A stretch of 24,000 bases of DNA from Thermococcus barophilus MP (GCF_000151105.2 NC_014804.1:1514567-1538566); one strand, 5' to 3'; positions 6,460-15,639 are shown, numbered from the stretch's first letter. Made by a program: numbers and translations. Notes: generated from the sequence alone by a model not told the origin.

Positions 6460-7557
6460 ATGAGAAAGGTGGCACTAATTTTTATCATAACAATGCTCGC
6501 TTTTTATGCTCTTGCCCAACAGCCTTATGATGAAGTTGCAAAAGCAGTTTTTGAAAGCCTAAAAACTGGAAATTACTCAATTCTTGAGCCATATTTGGAC
6601 GAAAATATGAAGGAGGCTTTTAATGAAAAATCCTTCAATGCTTTAAGGGAACAGATGATTTCAAAATACGGCGGTCTTAAAAGCTTTGAATTCATTGAAG
6701 AAGGAAAATCCGGAAAATTTGCACTGGCGTATTATCGTTTTCAGTTTGAAAAAGCTAATGTGACACTAAGGCTCGTTTTTAGTCAAACCAACGGGGAATA
6801 CAAACTTTCCGGGCTCTGGATTCAGAAAGTTGTCTGGAGGGAGAAGGGAATTCCCCTTCCGTTGGCAGTCGGTTTACCTATTTTAGGTGGAATCTTAGCT
6901 CTGTTAACATTCTACACTCTCGGATTCAAAAAAATCAAAGGAGCGGAACTAATTTTAGGCTTCTTTTTGGTTGCAATAACACTTTTCATTCAGCCAGTAA
7001 TTCAGCAGGCTCCATTCTTAGCCTTAGGGATTAAATCAAACGCAGATATAACTGCTAAGGGGTTTGCTTTTACAGCTATCACAGCTATTTGGCTTGGATT
7101 CATTGCCGGATTCTTTCAAGAGGGCCTGAAGTATGCCTTTATGAGGAACAAGCGGCTTAAGGAAGCACTCTTCGTTGGAATTGGATTTGGGCTTGGAGAA
7201 GCGATCTTAGTGCCGTTGCTTCAGGTAGTTCAAAGCTTTATTCTGGGAGGATTAACTGTTCAGCTAACACAAGCACTGCTTAGCTTGTTTGAAAGATACA
7301 TTGCAACACTTTTCCATGGAGGAACCACTATTACATTGGCATACGCTTATAAGAATGGATTTGGGAGGAAAGCGTTAGTTGTCCTAAGCATTGTTCACGG
7401 TGCTATCGATACGTTTGCGTCATACTATCAGCTCACGAACTCCCAGATAAGCTTAATAATGACCTACGGCACAATCACTGCTATTACGCTCATACTACTG
7501 TGGTATGCCATTCCAAAAGCGAAAGTAGAAGGGGAGGAAGGAAAGGTTGTTTGGTGA
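6460..7557 (+). CDS. membrane protein: N-terminal extracytoplasmic domain plus polytopic CPBP/YhfC-like putative intramembrane metalloprotease domain
   Basis: Start at ATG 6460, with GGTGA 5 nt upstream (the ORF track starts at 6394). A signal/anchor MRKVALIFIITMLAFYALA is followed by a ~120-aa soluble domain and then 7-8 TM helices. These carry E/H motifs (FFQEGLKY, GFGLGEA, TLFHGG, IVHGAID) reminiscent of YhfC/CPBP glutamic/His intramembrane proteases. Confidence 0.5.
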   Translation: MRKVALIFIITMLAFYALAQQPYDEVAKAVFESLKTGNYSILEPYLDENMKEAFNEKSFNALREQMISKYGGLKSFEFIEEGKSGKFALAYYRFQFEKANVTLRLVFSQTNGEYKLSGLWIQKVVWREKGIPLPLAVGLPILGGILALLTFYTLGFKKIKGAELILGFFLVAITLFIQPVIQQAPFLALGIKSNADITAKGFAFTAITAIWLGFIAGFFQEGLKYAFMRNKRLKEALFVGIGFGLGEAILVPLLQVVQSFILGGLTVQLTQALLSLFERYIATLFHGGTTITLAYAYKNGFGRKALVVLSIVHGAIDTFASYYQLTNSQISLIMTYGTITAITLILLWYAIPKAKVEGEEGKVVW

Positions 7558-7918
7558 TCCGAAAGAAAAAGCCTTAAAAAAGCTGAGAAGGGAGCTTAGA
7601 GCTGGTACTTATTCCTTTATCATTCTATCTCTTCTTGAAAATAAAGGGGATATGCATGGCTATGCAATCAGGAAGGAGTTTGAAAAGCTGAGCAGTGGTA
7701 AGATAGTGCCCAGTGAAGGAACTCTCTATGACCTGCTCAAAAGTTTGGAGAGATATAAGCTTATAGAGGGCTTTTGGGCTGAAGTTGGGGGAAGGGCAAG
7801 AAAATACTACAGGATAACTTCTCTTGGAGAGAAAGTTCTTGAAGAACTTAAGAAAGAGATAGAATCAGTCAGCAGAATGATGAAAAAGCTGGGGGGTGAT
7901 GAATATGGCTGGGATTGA
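7547..7918 (+). CDS. PadR family transcriptional regulator
   Basis: 123 aa. IILSLLENKGDMHGYAIRKEFEKLSSGKIVPSEGTLYDLLKSLERYKLIEGFWAEVGGRARKYYRITSLGEKVL is the canonical PadR winged-helix pattern. TTG start at 7547 after GGAGG. It overlaps the upstream gene by 11 nt. Confidence 0.85.
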   Translation: MFGDPKEKALKKLRRELRAGTYSFIILSLLENKGDMHGYAIRKEFEKLSSGKIVPSEGTLYDLLKSLERYKLIEGFWAEVGGRARKYYRITSLGEKVLEELKKEIESVSRMMKKLGGDEYGWD

Positions 7919-8720
7919 AGTTTTCAACATGATGTTCGAGATATTTATCGCATTCCTAATGTTTGTAAGCGGTTTGCTGACCTACATTTTCAGAAACAAG
8001 CCAAACACAGCAATAGGCTTCCGTTTTGGCTATACATTTTCATCCAAGGAAGCATGGGTGAAAGTAAATACGTTTGGCGGGAAAGCATTCATGGCTTTTG
8101 GAGTTCTGCTCTTTGTTCTGAGCCTAAAGGTTCGCAACATCCTAATCTTCTTCATTGTAATGATTGCCGGGGTTTTATTAATAACTACTTATGGATACAA
8201 AATGGCAAGAGAAATCGTTGAAAAAGAAAGCCTCAGAGAGCCCGCTTTTGGTGAACCCAAACCTGTTGAAGGGATAAACGTAAAGCCATATCTCGCAATT
8301 CAGATCGGGGCATTAGCCTTCAGCATTATATTTTTAGTTCTCAGCTGGGATAGGCTCCCGGAAATAGTTGCAATCCATTTCAACATCGCTGGTGAGCCGG
8401 ATAACTTTGCTCAGAAGACCCTTGGAGTATTTCTATTTCCTCTGGCGGCATCTTTGCTTCCAATTGCTCTCACATACATGGCTAAGGATCCTATGATGCT
8501 GAGAACAGCTCCAAAAATGAGTAAAAAGGGATTAAAGATACTTGCTGAAATGATGACGATAATTGCGATAATGCTGGCTTGGGCAAATGTGTACTTGATT
8601 CTCTATAACGCTTACAATTTCCATTCTAATGCATTACTATCTGCAACACTGCTCGGTGGCATTGGACTGTTATTGATTGAAACTTTTAGACTCCTACTTG
8701 CCGCGGGAACTCCCGAATAA
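7905..8720 (+). CDS. SdpI/YhfL-like plus DUF1648-like polytopic membrane protein
   Basis: The N-terminal half (NTAIGFRFGYTFSSKEAWVKVNTFGGKAF) resembles the SdpI immunity/signal-transduction family. The second half (SWDRLPEIVAIHFNIAGEPDNFAQK) resembles DUF1648. ATG 7905 has GGTGA 5 nt upstream (the ORF track starts at GTG 7896). It overlaps padR by 14 nt. Confidence 0.6.
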   Translation: MAGIEVFNMMFEIFIAFLMFVSGLLTYIFRNKPNTAIGFRFGYTFSSKEAWVKVNTFGGKAFMAFGVLLFVLSLKVRNILIFFIVMIAGVLLITTYGYKMAREIVEKESLREPAFGEPKPVEGINVKPYLAIQIGALAFSIIFLVLSWDRLPEIVAIHFNIAGEPDNFAQKTLGVFLFPLAASLLPIALTYMAKDPMMLRTAPKMSKKGLKILAEMMTIIAIMLAWANVYLILYNAYNFHSNALLSATLLGGIGLLLIETFRLLLAAGTPE

Positions 8721-8738
8721 AAAACAAACAAAAGAGGA

Positions 8739-9533
8739 TCAGACAAAATAGTACTTAGGCTGCCTGTCCTTGAATATATCATTATACTCATTTATCTTTT
8801 TGTTTCTTGCCTCCTCTATGTTTATCTCCACAACGCCAACTTCTTCCTTGTCTTCACTTGCTCTGAGCAGAATTTCGGCCTTTGGTGAATTGATTTGGCT
8901 CATTCCAATGAACCTGAGTCCTCTCTCTTCCCCAATCCTATTGGCAGTAATTGAAAAGACCCTGTTTTCCAAGCTTCTAATTGGCATTGCCCTTGGAGCA
9001 TACGGCATCACAAGATTCGCCGGATGAGCAACTATGTCGGCACCTTTTAATGCTAAAGTTCTCATGGCTTCTGGGAAGAACCAGTCAAAGCAAATCATTA
9101 TGCCCACTTTTGCCACTCCAATGTTGAACACATGGAATCCTAAATTCCCCGGCTCAAAGAACAGCTTTTCTCGGTAAAATAGATGAATCTTGCGGTATTT
9201 TCCAATGTATCCCCACCCAATTGGCCCAACAAGAACAGCTGAATTATAAAGCCTTCCTTTTTCATCTTTTTCTGCAGTCCCGGCAATAATGAACATCTCA
9301 TGCTCTCTTGCCTGCTCCACTAAGAACTGCGTCGTCTCCCCATCTGGTATCTGTTGGGCTATACTGTATACCTCTTCCCTGCTCTCGAAGTTATATCCCG
9401 TATCAAAGAGTTCAGGGAGAACCACCAATTGAGCCTCTTGCTTGGCAGCATCTTTTAAAAGCTTCTCAGCCTTGCTCAAATTAGCGTTTAGATCCAAAAG
9501 CTTAGGCTCCATCTGAATGAACCCTACCCTCAT
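8739..9533 (-). CDS. carbon-nitrogen hydrolase family protein (nitrilase/amidase-like)
   Basis: MRVGFIQMEPKLLDLNANLSKAEKLL...LVVLPELFDTGY holds the catalytic Glu. YRKIHLF holds the Lys, and GIMICFDWFFPE holds the Cys. ATG 9533 has GGTGA 5 nt upstream. The ORF track's 18-aa N-terminal extension is unlikely. Confidence 0.85.
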   Translation of the reverse strand: MRVGFIQMEPKLLDLNANLSKAEKLLKDAAKQEAQLVVLPELFDTGYNFESREEVYSIAQQIPDGETTQFLVEQAREHEMFIIAGTAEKDEKGRLYNSAVLVGPIGWGYIGKYRKIHLFYREKLFFEPGNLGFHVFNIGVAKVGIMICFDWFFPEAMRTLALKGADIVAHPANLVMPYAPRAMPIRSLENRVFSITANRIGEERGLRFIGMSQINSPKAEILLRASEDKEEVGVVEINIEEARNKKINEYNDIFKDRQPKYYFV

Positions 9534-9589
9534 GCCTATCACCAGCAAAGAATTAATAAGAATTGAACCTAATAAAACTGGTGGCAAAA

Positions 9590-11458
9590 ATGAAAAAGGT
9601 CATTGTCATTTTGATGTTACTTCTTTGTTTCTCCCTTCCCGTGAGTGCCCAAAATGAGAGTAAAATTTTTGTGTGGCTCAGAATTGGAGAAAGCGTGACC
9701 ATTGGTACTTACACTATAAAGGTTGTTGATGTTGACAAAGACTTTGCAAAAGCCCTAATACAAGTATACAGATACGGTCTGCTTTATAGAATGGGGACAA
9801 TTTCCGTTAATGAGGGGCTGATGGTAGATAATATCCAAATCTATCTGGAAGATTCCTTCAAGTCCGAGATATATCCAGCAGTTCTTCTCGAGATCGATGT
9901 TCCGTATTTCAAAGTTGGGGAAAGTATAGTTCTCAAGAACAAGCAGATTGAAGTTATTAAAGCTAATGAAAGTTATGCAGAGCTTGATTTAGGATATGCA
10001 AATGTAACCCTCTCTAAGGAGAGAACATACTATAAGGACAAAAACTTTGAAATAAAGCTGAATCCCCTCGATTATCTCTTCAGAGAATACATATACAAAG
10101 ACCAAAGCGGAGATATTATATACAAAGGTATCAGCGATGGAAAAGCCCTCTTAGTTATCAAGAACAAAACATACGAGCTTTCCAAAGGTGAAAAAATATA
10201 TGTAGATGACGTAACGTTGTTAACTTTGCTTGAATTTGATGAAAATCGCGCATTAGTTCGTTTGGATTTGGTAAATGCCACATATTTAACAGTAAAAGAA
10301 ATGCCATATTTTGAAGGATTCATCGCTGAGCATGAGAAGGTCAGATTATCAAAGCTATATGAGCTTGAGGTCTCTAATTTCATTGACGAAAATCATGTTG
10401 AAGTAGCCCTCTACAGAGCTGGGAATATGGTTGAGAAAAAAGTTCTAAGCACAGATAACCCCTATTTAGTATATTACCCATTAGCAATAAAGTTCAAGTA
10501 TGGATTTGCAGGCATCAGGAATAATCTTGCATACTTCGTTATATTCGCTGATGAAAAAGCTTTAAAAAGAGAGGAAGAGGGCATTAGGATTCCTATCTTG
10601 GATATTAAAGTTAAGCTTCCAGAAAAAGTTCACCTCGGGGAGAATATACCCCTCAATTTGACAATAAGAAACATCGGAGACGCCCCAGCTGAAAACCTTG
10701 AGGTGATTATATTCACCGATGGCATGAAATCAAGAACCTTAACCCCCTCATTTTTACCGAATGCAACCATCATAGACAACTCCACGATCACAATCGAGAA
10801 GGAAAACCAAAGTCTCATAATCGAGATTTTATATGATTACAATGGAAAAGCATACCGCAGGATCATTAAGCATAAATTTGAAGTTTTGGATCCGGAGATT
10901 ACCTTTTCCGCAAAACTCAATCTTCCAGACAACGCAACGTTAGGTGTCCCATTTAACGCCACGGTAACCTATACTATCTATACGAACTATCCAAGCTCTT
11001 TTGTTTTGACAATAGAGGGAAATGGGATAACCTATTTGTCATCCCCGATAATGACAGCAGAAAGTCCTTCAGAAGGAACCTTCACAGTTGAGATAGCCCC
11101 AGTAAAAACTGGAAACTTAACATTGAAGCTTGAAAGTTTATTTCCAAAGAAACAAATCCTCGACACTGCTACAATTCCAGTTTACCAATTTAAGAAAGTT
11201 CAAATAGTCGAAAAAGTTGTTGAAAAATACATAAACTGCGAAAACACAACTCAAAATATCACAACACCAAATCAGCCTGCAATTCAGTGTCCAAATGAAA
11301 CAAAAATCGTCTACACACCTGTAGAAAAAGTAGTTGAAAAGGAAGTGCTTCCAATTGGTAAAACAAGCTTAATAGCGATAATCTCGCTTCTTTTAGGCAT
11401 TGTTTTAGGTTCATTGCTTTTAGGAGAAAAGCTTAAAAATATACTTGAGAGAGCTTAG
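9590..11458 (+). CDS. large secreted, C-terminally membrane-anchored surface protein with CARDB-like domain
   Basis: ATG 9590 after GGTGG. The signal peptide MKKVIVILMLLLCFSLPVSAQ precedes a beta-rich body. A CARDB-like segment reads HLGENIPLNLTIRNIGDAPAENLEVIIF. I count at least 15 N-x-S/T sequons. The C-terminal TM anchor is SLIAIISLLLGIVLGSLLL. Confidence 0.7.
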   Translation: MKKVIVILMLLLCFSLPVSAQNESKIFVWLRIGESVTIGTYTIKVVDVDKDFAKALIQVYRYGLLYRMGTISVNEGLMVDNIQIYLEDSFKSEIYPAVLLEIDVPYFKVGESIVLKNKQIEVIKANESYAELDLGYANVTLSKERTYYKDKNFEIKLNPLDYLFREYIYKDQSGDIIYKGISDGKALLVIKNKTYELSKGEKIYVDDVTLLTLLEFDENRALVRLDLVNATYLTVKEMPYFEGFIAEHEKVRLSKLYELEVSNFIDENHVEVALYRAGNMVEKKVLSTDNPYLVYYPLAIKFKYGFAGIRNNLAYFVIFADEKALKREEEGIRIPILDIKVKLPEKVHLGENIPLNLTIRNIGDAPAENLEVIIFTDGMKSRTLTPSFLPNATIIDNSTITIEKENQSLIIEILYDYNGKAYRRIIKHKFEVLDPEITFSAKLNLPDNATLGVPFNATVTYTIYTNYPSSFVLTIEGNGITYLSSPIMTAESPSEGTFTVEIAPVKTGNLTLKLESLFPKKQILDTATIPVYQFKKVQIVEKVVEKYINCENTTQNITTPNQPAIQCPNETKIVYTPVEKVVEKEVLPIGKTSLIAIISLLLGIVLGSLLLGEKLKNILERA

Positions 11459-11485
11459 AGCGGAGCGATCATAGGAGGGATCATC

Positions 11486-11599
11486 ATGAAGAGGAGACCG
11501 AGGAAGTGGAAAAAGAAGGGCAGGATGAGGTGGAAGTGGATCAAGAAGAGGATTAGGAGGCTCAAGAGGCAGAGGAAGAAGGAAAGAGGATTAATCTGA
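11486..11599 (+). CDS. rpl41e: 50S ribosomal protein L41e
   Basis: 37-codon ORF absent from the ORF track: [37 protein letters not shown]. The extremely basic sequence matches the archaeal L41e pattern as I recall it. A strong GGAGG lies 6 nt upstream of the ATG. Confidence 0.8.
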
Positions 11600-11647
11600 T
11601 ATCTTCAGTTCTTTTCTATCCCTTTCATTATCTGGAGGTTCTCCAAC

Positions 11648-12301
11648 TTGGAGGTTGAAAGAACCTTTGAGAATCTTTCTATTGAACTTGAAACATCAAG
11701 AGGAAAAGCCTTAGTATTTGCCGATCCACACATAGCTTTTGAGCTTTCAAGGGGATTAAGAATAAGAACAAAATTCGAAAGGAAGCTTGCTGAGTTTGTA
11801 AAGCTCAAAAATCCAGATTTTGTGATAATTTTGGGAGATATCAAAGAACCACTTGGAATCAACACGTTTACAAAAAGGCTCCTCTTAGGGTTCTTTTCCG
11901 AGCTTAGGGACTTTGAGGTAATAATAACAAGGGGAAATCACGACGGAAAAATTGAGGAGGTTTTAAAAAACTTTGAAAATGTAAAAGTGGTTGGTTATTA
12001 TACAATCGACGAGATGCTTTTCCTTCATGGTCATCAAATTCTCCCTCCCGAGGCAAAATTTGAAAAAGCCTTTCTTGGCCATATTCACCCAGCGGTTATC
12101 ATAAAATTTGGTAGCACGGCAAAAAGAGTAAAATGTTTTTTGAGGATTGAAAAATTTCTAATTCTCCCCACAATAAACCCTTACATAGAAGGATTTGATG
12201 TAAGAGAAGGAATTAAAATGATACCTTTCCTGAAAAATAGTAAAGAAGGAGACGCATATTTACCGGAAGGAACCTATATTGGTAGAATAAATTTCATCTA
12301 A
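11648..12301 (+). CDS. calcineurin-like metallophosphoesterase (archaeal SbcD/Mre11-related ICC-type phosphoesterase)
   Basis: Metallophosphoesterase motifs appear in order: FADPH, ILGDIKE, GNHDG, LHGH, GHIHP. TTG start at 11648 with GGAGGT 9 nt upstream. Confidence 0.8.
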   Translation: MEVERTFENLSIELETSRGKALVFADPHIAFELSRGLRIRTKFERKLAEFVKLKNPDFVIILGDIKEPLGINTFTKRLLLGFFSELRDFEVIITRGNHDGKIEEVLKNFENVKVVGYYTIDEMLFLHGHQILPPEAKFEKAFLGHIHPAVIIKFGSTAKRVKCFLRIEKFLILPTINPYIEGFDVREGIKMIPFLKNSKEGDAYLPEGTYIGRINFI

Positions 12302-12357
12302 AACCGCAACATTTATGAAGTTTAAATATGAAGATAAATTTGCAGAGGTGTGAGAAA

Positions 12358-12690
12358 ATGAGCGAGATACATGAAAAGCTTGAAAGCTTATTGAGATCAC
12401 TGGGTATTAAAAAAACTGAAATCAGAATTTATAGGTTGCTTCTCGAGAAGAAAGTTCCTATGAGGATTACAGAAATCCAAAAGGAGCTGGGCATAAGTGA
12501 AAGAAGTGTAAGAGAGCACGTACTTAATCTTTATAGAAAAGGGCTCCTAAAGAGAGAACTAATTCAAAAAGGATGGCTTGGATATGTTTATACGGCAACA
12601 TCGCCGGCAGAACTCCTTGAAAAGCTGAAAGAGAGCATTGTCAAAAAGATAAATGAGTTAGAAAAAGAGCTGAAAGAGAGAGAAATTTAA
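12358..12690 (+). CDS. TrmB/MarR-like winged-helix transcriptional regulator
   Basis: ATG 12358 after GAGGTG. TEIRIYRLLLEKKVPMRITEIQKELGISERSVREHVLNLYRKGLLKRE is a TrmB-type wHTH. A coiled-coil-like C-terminal tail follows. Confidence 0.7.
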   Translation: MSEIHEKLESLLRSLGIKKTEIRIYRLLLEKKVPMRITEIQKELGISERSVREHVLNLYRKGLLKRELIQKGWLGYVYTATSPAELLEKLKESIVKKINELEKELKEREI

Positions 12691-14369
12691 CACTCAATAA
12701 AGCCCAGCTTTTTCAAAATTTCAAGGGCTTTGTTAAGCTTTTCCCTGTCAATTTTTCCAAATTCTTCTTCAAGGGCTTTAAACGCCTCCTCCTCTGGTAA
12801 GATTTCTCCCAGCATCAGAAGCTCATGGAGATGAATTGAGAACTTTTTGTCTTCCATAAATTCTTCAAGCTCTTTTGCCGCTTTTTCCTCAAACTCCCTA
12901 ATTGTTCTAACTGAGACCAAACCTTTCCTCTTCCACTTTATCCACGCTTTGAACTCTAAATCATGACCTATGTCGATTCCCAAAAACTTTCCATCCCTCG
13001 CAAGACCTCTCATAACAAGCTTTTCTGCAACTTCAATTTCCCTATCCATACCAAGTTCTCCCAGATATTTCATAGCATAGCCTCTTGCAAATCTCTGCAG
13101 TTTTTCTTTCTCAGCTTTCGCCAGTGCTAAGGCTGTAGCCAAAACAGCCTTCCCAATCACTTCGAGAGAATCTTTGCTTATCTTTTCTATGCTGTCTTCA
13201 CTTGAGTGATAAAACTTGTCAGGCCAAGTTATTGGCATGACTCCAGGAACTCCAAAGAAGTTGAAGATATCGTGGTCGCTCCCCATCTGATAGGAGTAGC
13301 TTTTAACTTTCAGTTTGGGCATCCCTTCACCACCAAAGCTCTCACCTTGAGAGTTCGCCAGATTGAGGTAGTACTCCAAAAGTCCGCTAACAATTGAGAA
13401 CCTTGATAACGGTGTCCTTACAATCATTATGGTTGAATTCGAACGATCTTCGCTCCCTCCTACCATGTCGAGATTTATTACCGCATAATAGTTCTCAAGC
13501 TCAGCGAACTTTTCAATAAATGCTTGTGTTCCGTGATATTCGGGAATCCAGAGAAATGCAAAGCCGAATCTGAAATCTTCGCTGTGTTTCTCTTTTAATG
13601 CCTTTGCCAGCTCTATGAGCATTGCTGAACCGCTTGCGTTGTCATTTGCCCCTGGCTTTGGATGACAGATGTGAGCTGTGAAGAGAATATACGGTGGCTT
13701 TCCAATTTTTGCATAAACCATTGGTAAAATTTGTTTATCTCTAATCTCCGTTTGAACTCTAATTTTGGCTTTTACGCTCTCCCCTTTCTTTAACTTGCTA
13801 ATTATTTTATTCGCAATCTCTTCACTCACGGCAACAGCTGGAATCTTTGCCCACTCTAAATCTTTCCTTGAGAGAAACAGCCCCATATATGGAAATGCTT
13901 TCCCAGTTCCTTTGCGATAGGCTACAAAACCAATGGCACCGCTTTTGTTAGCTTTTTTATAATTATCCTTCCATTTCTTGCCAACTAAGACTATTTTTCC
14001 CTCTGCTTTCTCCCAGTCATCCTCTCTTTCAATATAAACCATCTCCCCTTCAGCTTCTCCGCTTGGCGAGTGTGCCATCACTACAAGAGGAATTTCCTCA
14101 GTGGTGAACTTTTTGCCAAAAATCTCAATTTCACCGTAAATTAGGTCCCATCCAATTGGAGATTTCAATGTCAGATGCCAGGTTTCTCCATCATAGACAT
14201 CTTTCAAAAGCTGGGCATCAATTCCAGCTTTCTTAAGCTCTTCAAGGATATATTTTGCAGCATCAACGATTTCTTTTGAACCCTGGATTCTGTGGAACTG
14301 AGAGATGTTCATTATGTGCCTTAAAATTTCGTCAACATTTATTCTTGATTCCTCAAGAAACTCCTTCAT
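12687..14369 (-). CDS. M28-family aminopeptidase-like protein with C-terminal winged-helix-like extension
   Basis: 560 aa. Zinc-ligand contexts typical of M28 are present: HICHPKPGANDNASGSAMLIELAKAL, NLDMVG, and HSSEDS near the C-terminal part of the catalytic domain. An extra ~140-aa helical C-terminus ends LNKALEILKKLGFIEC, which is wHTH-like. Confidence 0.75.
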   Translation of the reverse strand: MKEFLEESRINVDEILRHIMNISQFHRIQGSKEIVDAAKYILEELKKAGIDAQLLKDVYDGETWHLTLKSPIGWDLIYGEIEIFGKKFTTEEIPLVVMAHSPSGEAEGEMVYIEREDDWEKAEGKIVLVGKKWKDNYKKANKSGAIGFVAYRKGTGKAFPYMGLFLSRKDLEWAKIPAVAVSEEIANKIISKLKKGESVKAKIRVQTEIRDKQILPMVYAKIGKPPYILFTAHICHPKPGANDNASGSAMLIELAKALKEKHSEDFRFGFAFLWIPEYHGTQAFIEKFAELENYYAVINLDMVGGSEDRSNSTIMIVRTPLSRFSIVSGLLEYYLNLANSQGESFGGEGMPKLKVKSYSYQMGSDHDIFNFFGVPGVMPITWPDKFYHSSEDSIEKISKDSLEVIGKAVLATALALAKAEKEKLQRFARGYAMKYLGELGMDREIEVAEKLVMRGLARDGKFLGIDIGHDLEFKAWIKWKRKGLVSVRTIREFEEKAAKELEEFMEDKKFSIHLHELLMLGEILPEEEAFKALEEEFGKIDREKLNKALEILKKLGFIEC

Positions 14370-14426
14370 AATATCACCAAAAATAATTTCGCAATGCTTA
14401 TTTAAGTTGCTCGCTTAATTGGAGCA

Positions 14427-15491
14427 TCACCCCCAAGTAATGTGCCTGTTAACCAGAAATCTAACAATAAACGAGAATCCAATTCCAATTAAGTTCGCTA
14501 TTAGATAATGCATGCCGAGAAAGATAAGCACGCCGAATATCGTCCACTGGACAACGGCTCCAGTCAACGCAGCCAAGTGGAAGCTGAAAAGTCTCTTGTA
14601 AAGCGGTTTATTCTTCAAATCTTTAAACGTCCACAGATCATTCCAAGTAAAATTGTTGAGGATTGCAAGCTCAGTCGCAAAGACATTAGCAATCATTAAA
14701 TTAGCAATCCCTCCACCGAGAATGTTTGCAAAAAGCCACAAGAAAAACTGATTTACAACTATTCCACTCATTCCCACAATTGAGAACTTAATCAAACGGT
14801 CAATCTCGCCCTCCCATTTCATCAAACGATAGAGATGCCTCAAATAGTTGAAAATCTGCTTTTGGCTGAGTTTACTTTCTCCAGCGTGTCTTAAACCAAA
14901 AGCATATGGAACCTCAACTACCCTGCTGTATTTTCCCTTTATGAGAATCTCAAGGAGAATTTTAAAGCCCACTGGGTTCAGCTCAACATTTTCAACAATT
15001 CCTCTTCTGAGAGCAAAGAATCCACTCACAGGGTCTTTTATGTTCCTAATTTTCGGCAACGCAACACGACCAATCATTATTGCACCTTTTGAGATTAACT
15101 TCCTCCACCAGTACCAGTTCTCAACCTTTCCACCCTTCACATAGCGGGAGCCAATCGCAATGTCAGCCCCTCTTTCAATTGCCTCAACGAGCCTTGGAAT
15201 TACTTCCGGAGGATGCTGCAAATCAGCATCCATGACTACAAAAATATCTCCCCTGGCCTCTTTAAATCCTCTAATCACAGCAGAAGAGAGACCTTTCTCT
15301 TTTGTCCTCCTGATAACTCTAATTGGGTATTTTTGCGCTAATTCTTGAGCTTTCTCCCATGTTTTATCTGGAGAATCATCATCAACGATTATGATTTCAA
15401 ACTCATAATCCTCCAACGCTTTGCTTATTCTACTCACAAGCTCCTCAAGGTTTTCCCGCTCGTTGTACGTTGGGACTATGATTGAGATCAT
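14427..15491 (-). CDS. dolichyl-phosphate mannose synthase-like GT2 glycosyltransferase with C-terminal GtrA-like TM domain
   Basis: MISIIVPTYNERENLEELV...IIVDDDSPDKT...VMDADLQHPP are GT-A/GT2 DPM1-like motifs. Four C-terminal TM helices follow, as in the Pyrococcus DPM synthase architecture. ATG 15491 is preferred over the ORF-track TTG 15512. Confidence 0.85.
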   Translation of the reverse strand: MISIIVPTYNERENLEELVSRISKALEDYEFEIIIVDDDSPDKTWEKAQELAQKYPIRVIRRTKEKGLSSAVIRGFKEARGDIFVVMDADLQHPPEVIPRLVEAIERGADIAIGSRYVKGGKVENWYWWRKLISKGAIMIGRVALPKIRNIKDPVSGFFALRRGIVENVELNPVGFKILLEILIKGKYSRVVEVPYAFGLRHAGESKLSQKQIFNYLRHLYRLMKWEGEIDRLIKFSIVGMSGIVVNQFFLWLFANILGGGIANLMIANVFATELAILNNFTWNDLWTFKDLKNKPLYKRLFSFHLAALTGAVVQWTIFGVLIFLGMHYLIANLIGIGFSFIVRFLVNRHITWG

Positions 15492-15561
15492 GACAATCCC
15501 TTCCTTGTCCAATTTCTCGTTGCGAAATCTTTATAACACTTTCTTTAAACCTCATTCTCGA

Positions 15562-15639
15562 GGGGCCGTGGGGTAGCTTGGCCTATCCTTCCGGCTTCGG
15601 GAGCCGGGGACCCGGGTTCAAATCCCGGCGGCCCCACCA
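15562..15639 (+). tRNA. tRNA-Pro (anticodon CGG), CCA encoded
   Basis: Acceptor stem GGGGCCG/CGGCCCC. Anticodon stem CCGGC/GCCGG with loop TTCGGGA, giving anticodon CGG. T arm CCGGG-TTCAAAT-CCCGG, discriminator A, and a genomic CCA. A BRE/TATA-like CGAAATCTTTATAA sits about 30 nt upstream. Confidence 0.93.

Noticed and set aside
11605-11865. 86-aa minus-strand ORF overlapping the start of the metallophosphoesterase gene
   Set aside because: It has no recognisable motifs. It conflicts with a plus-strand ORF carrying the full ordered set of metallophosphoesterase motifs.
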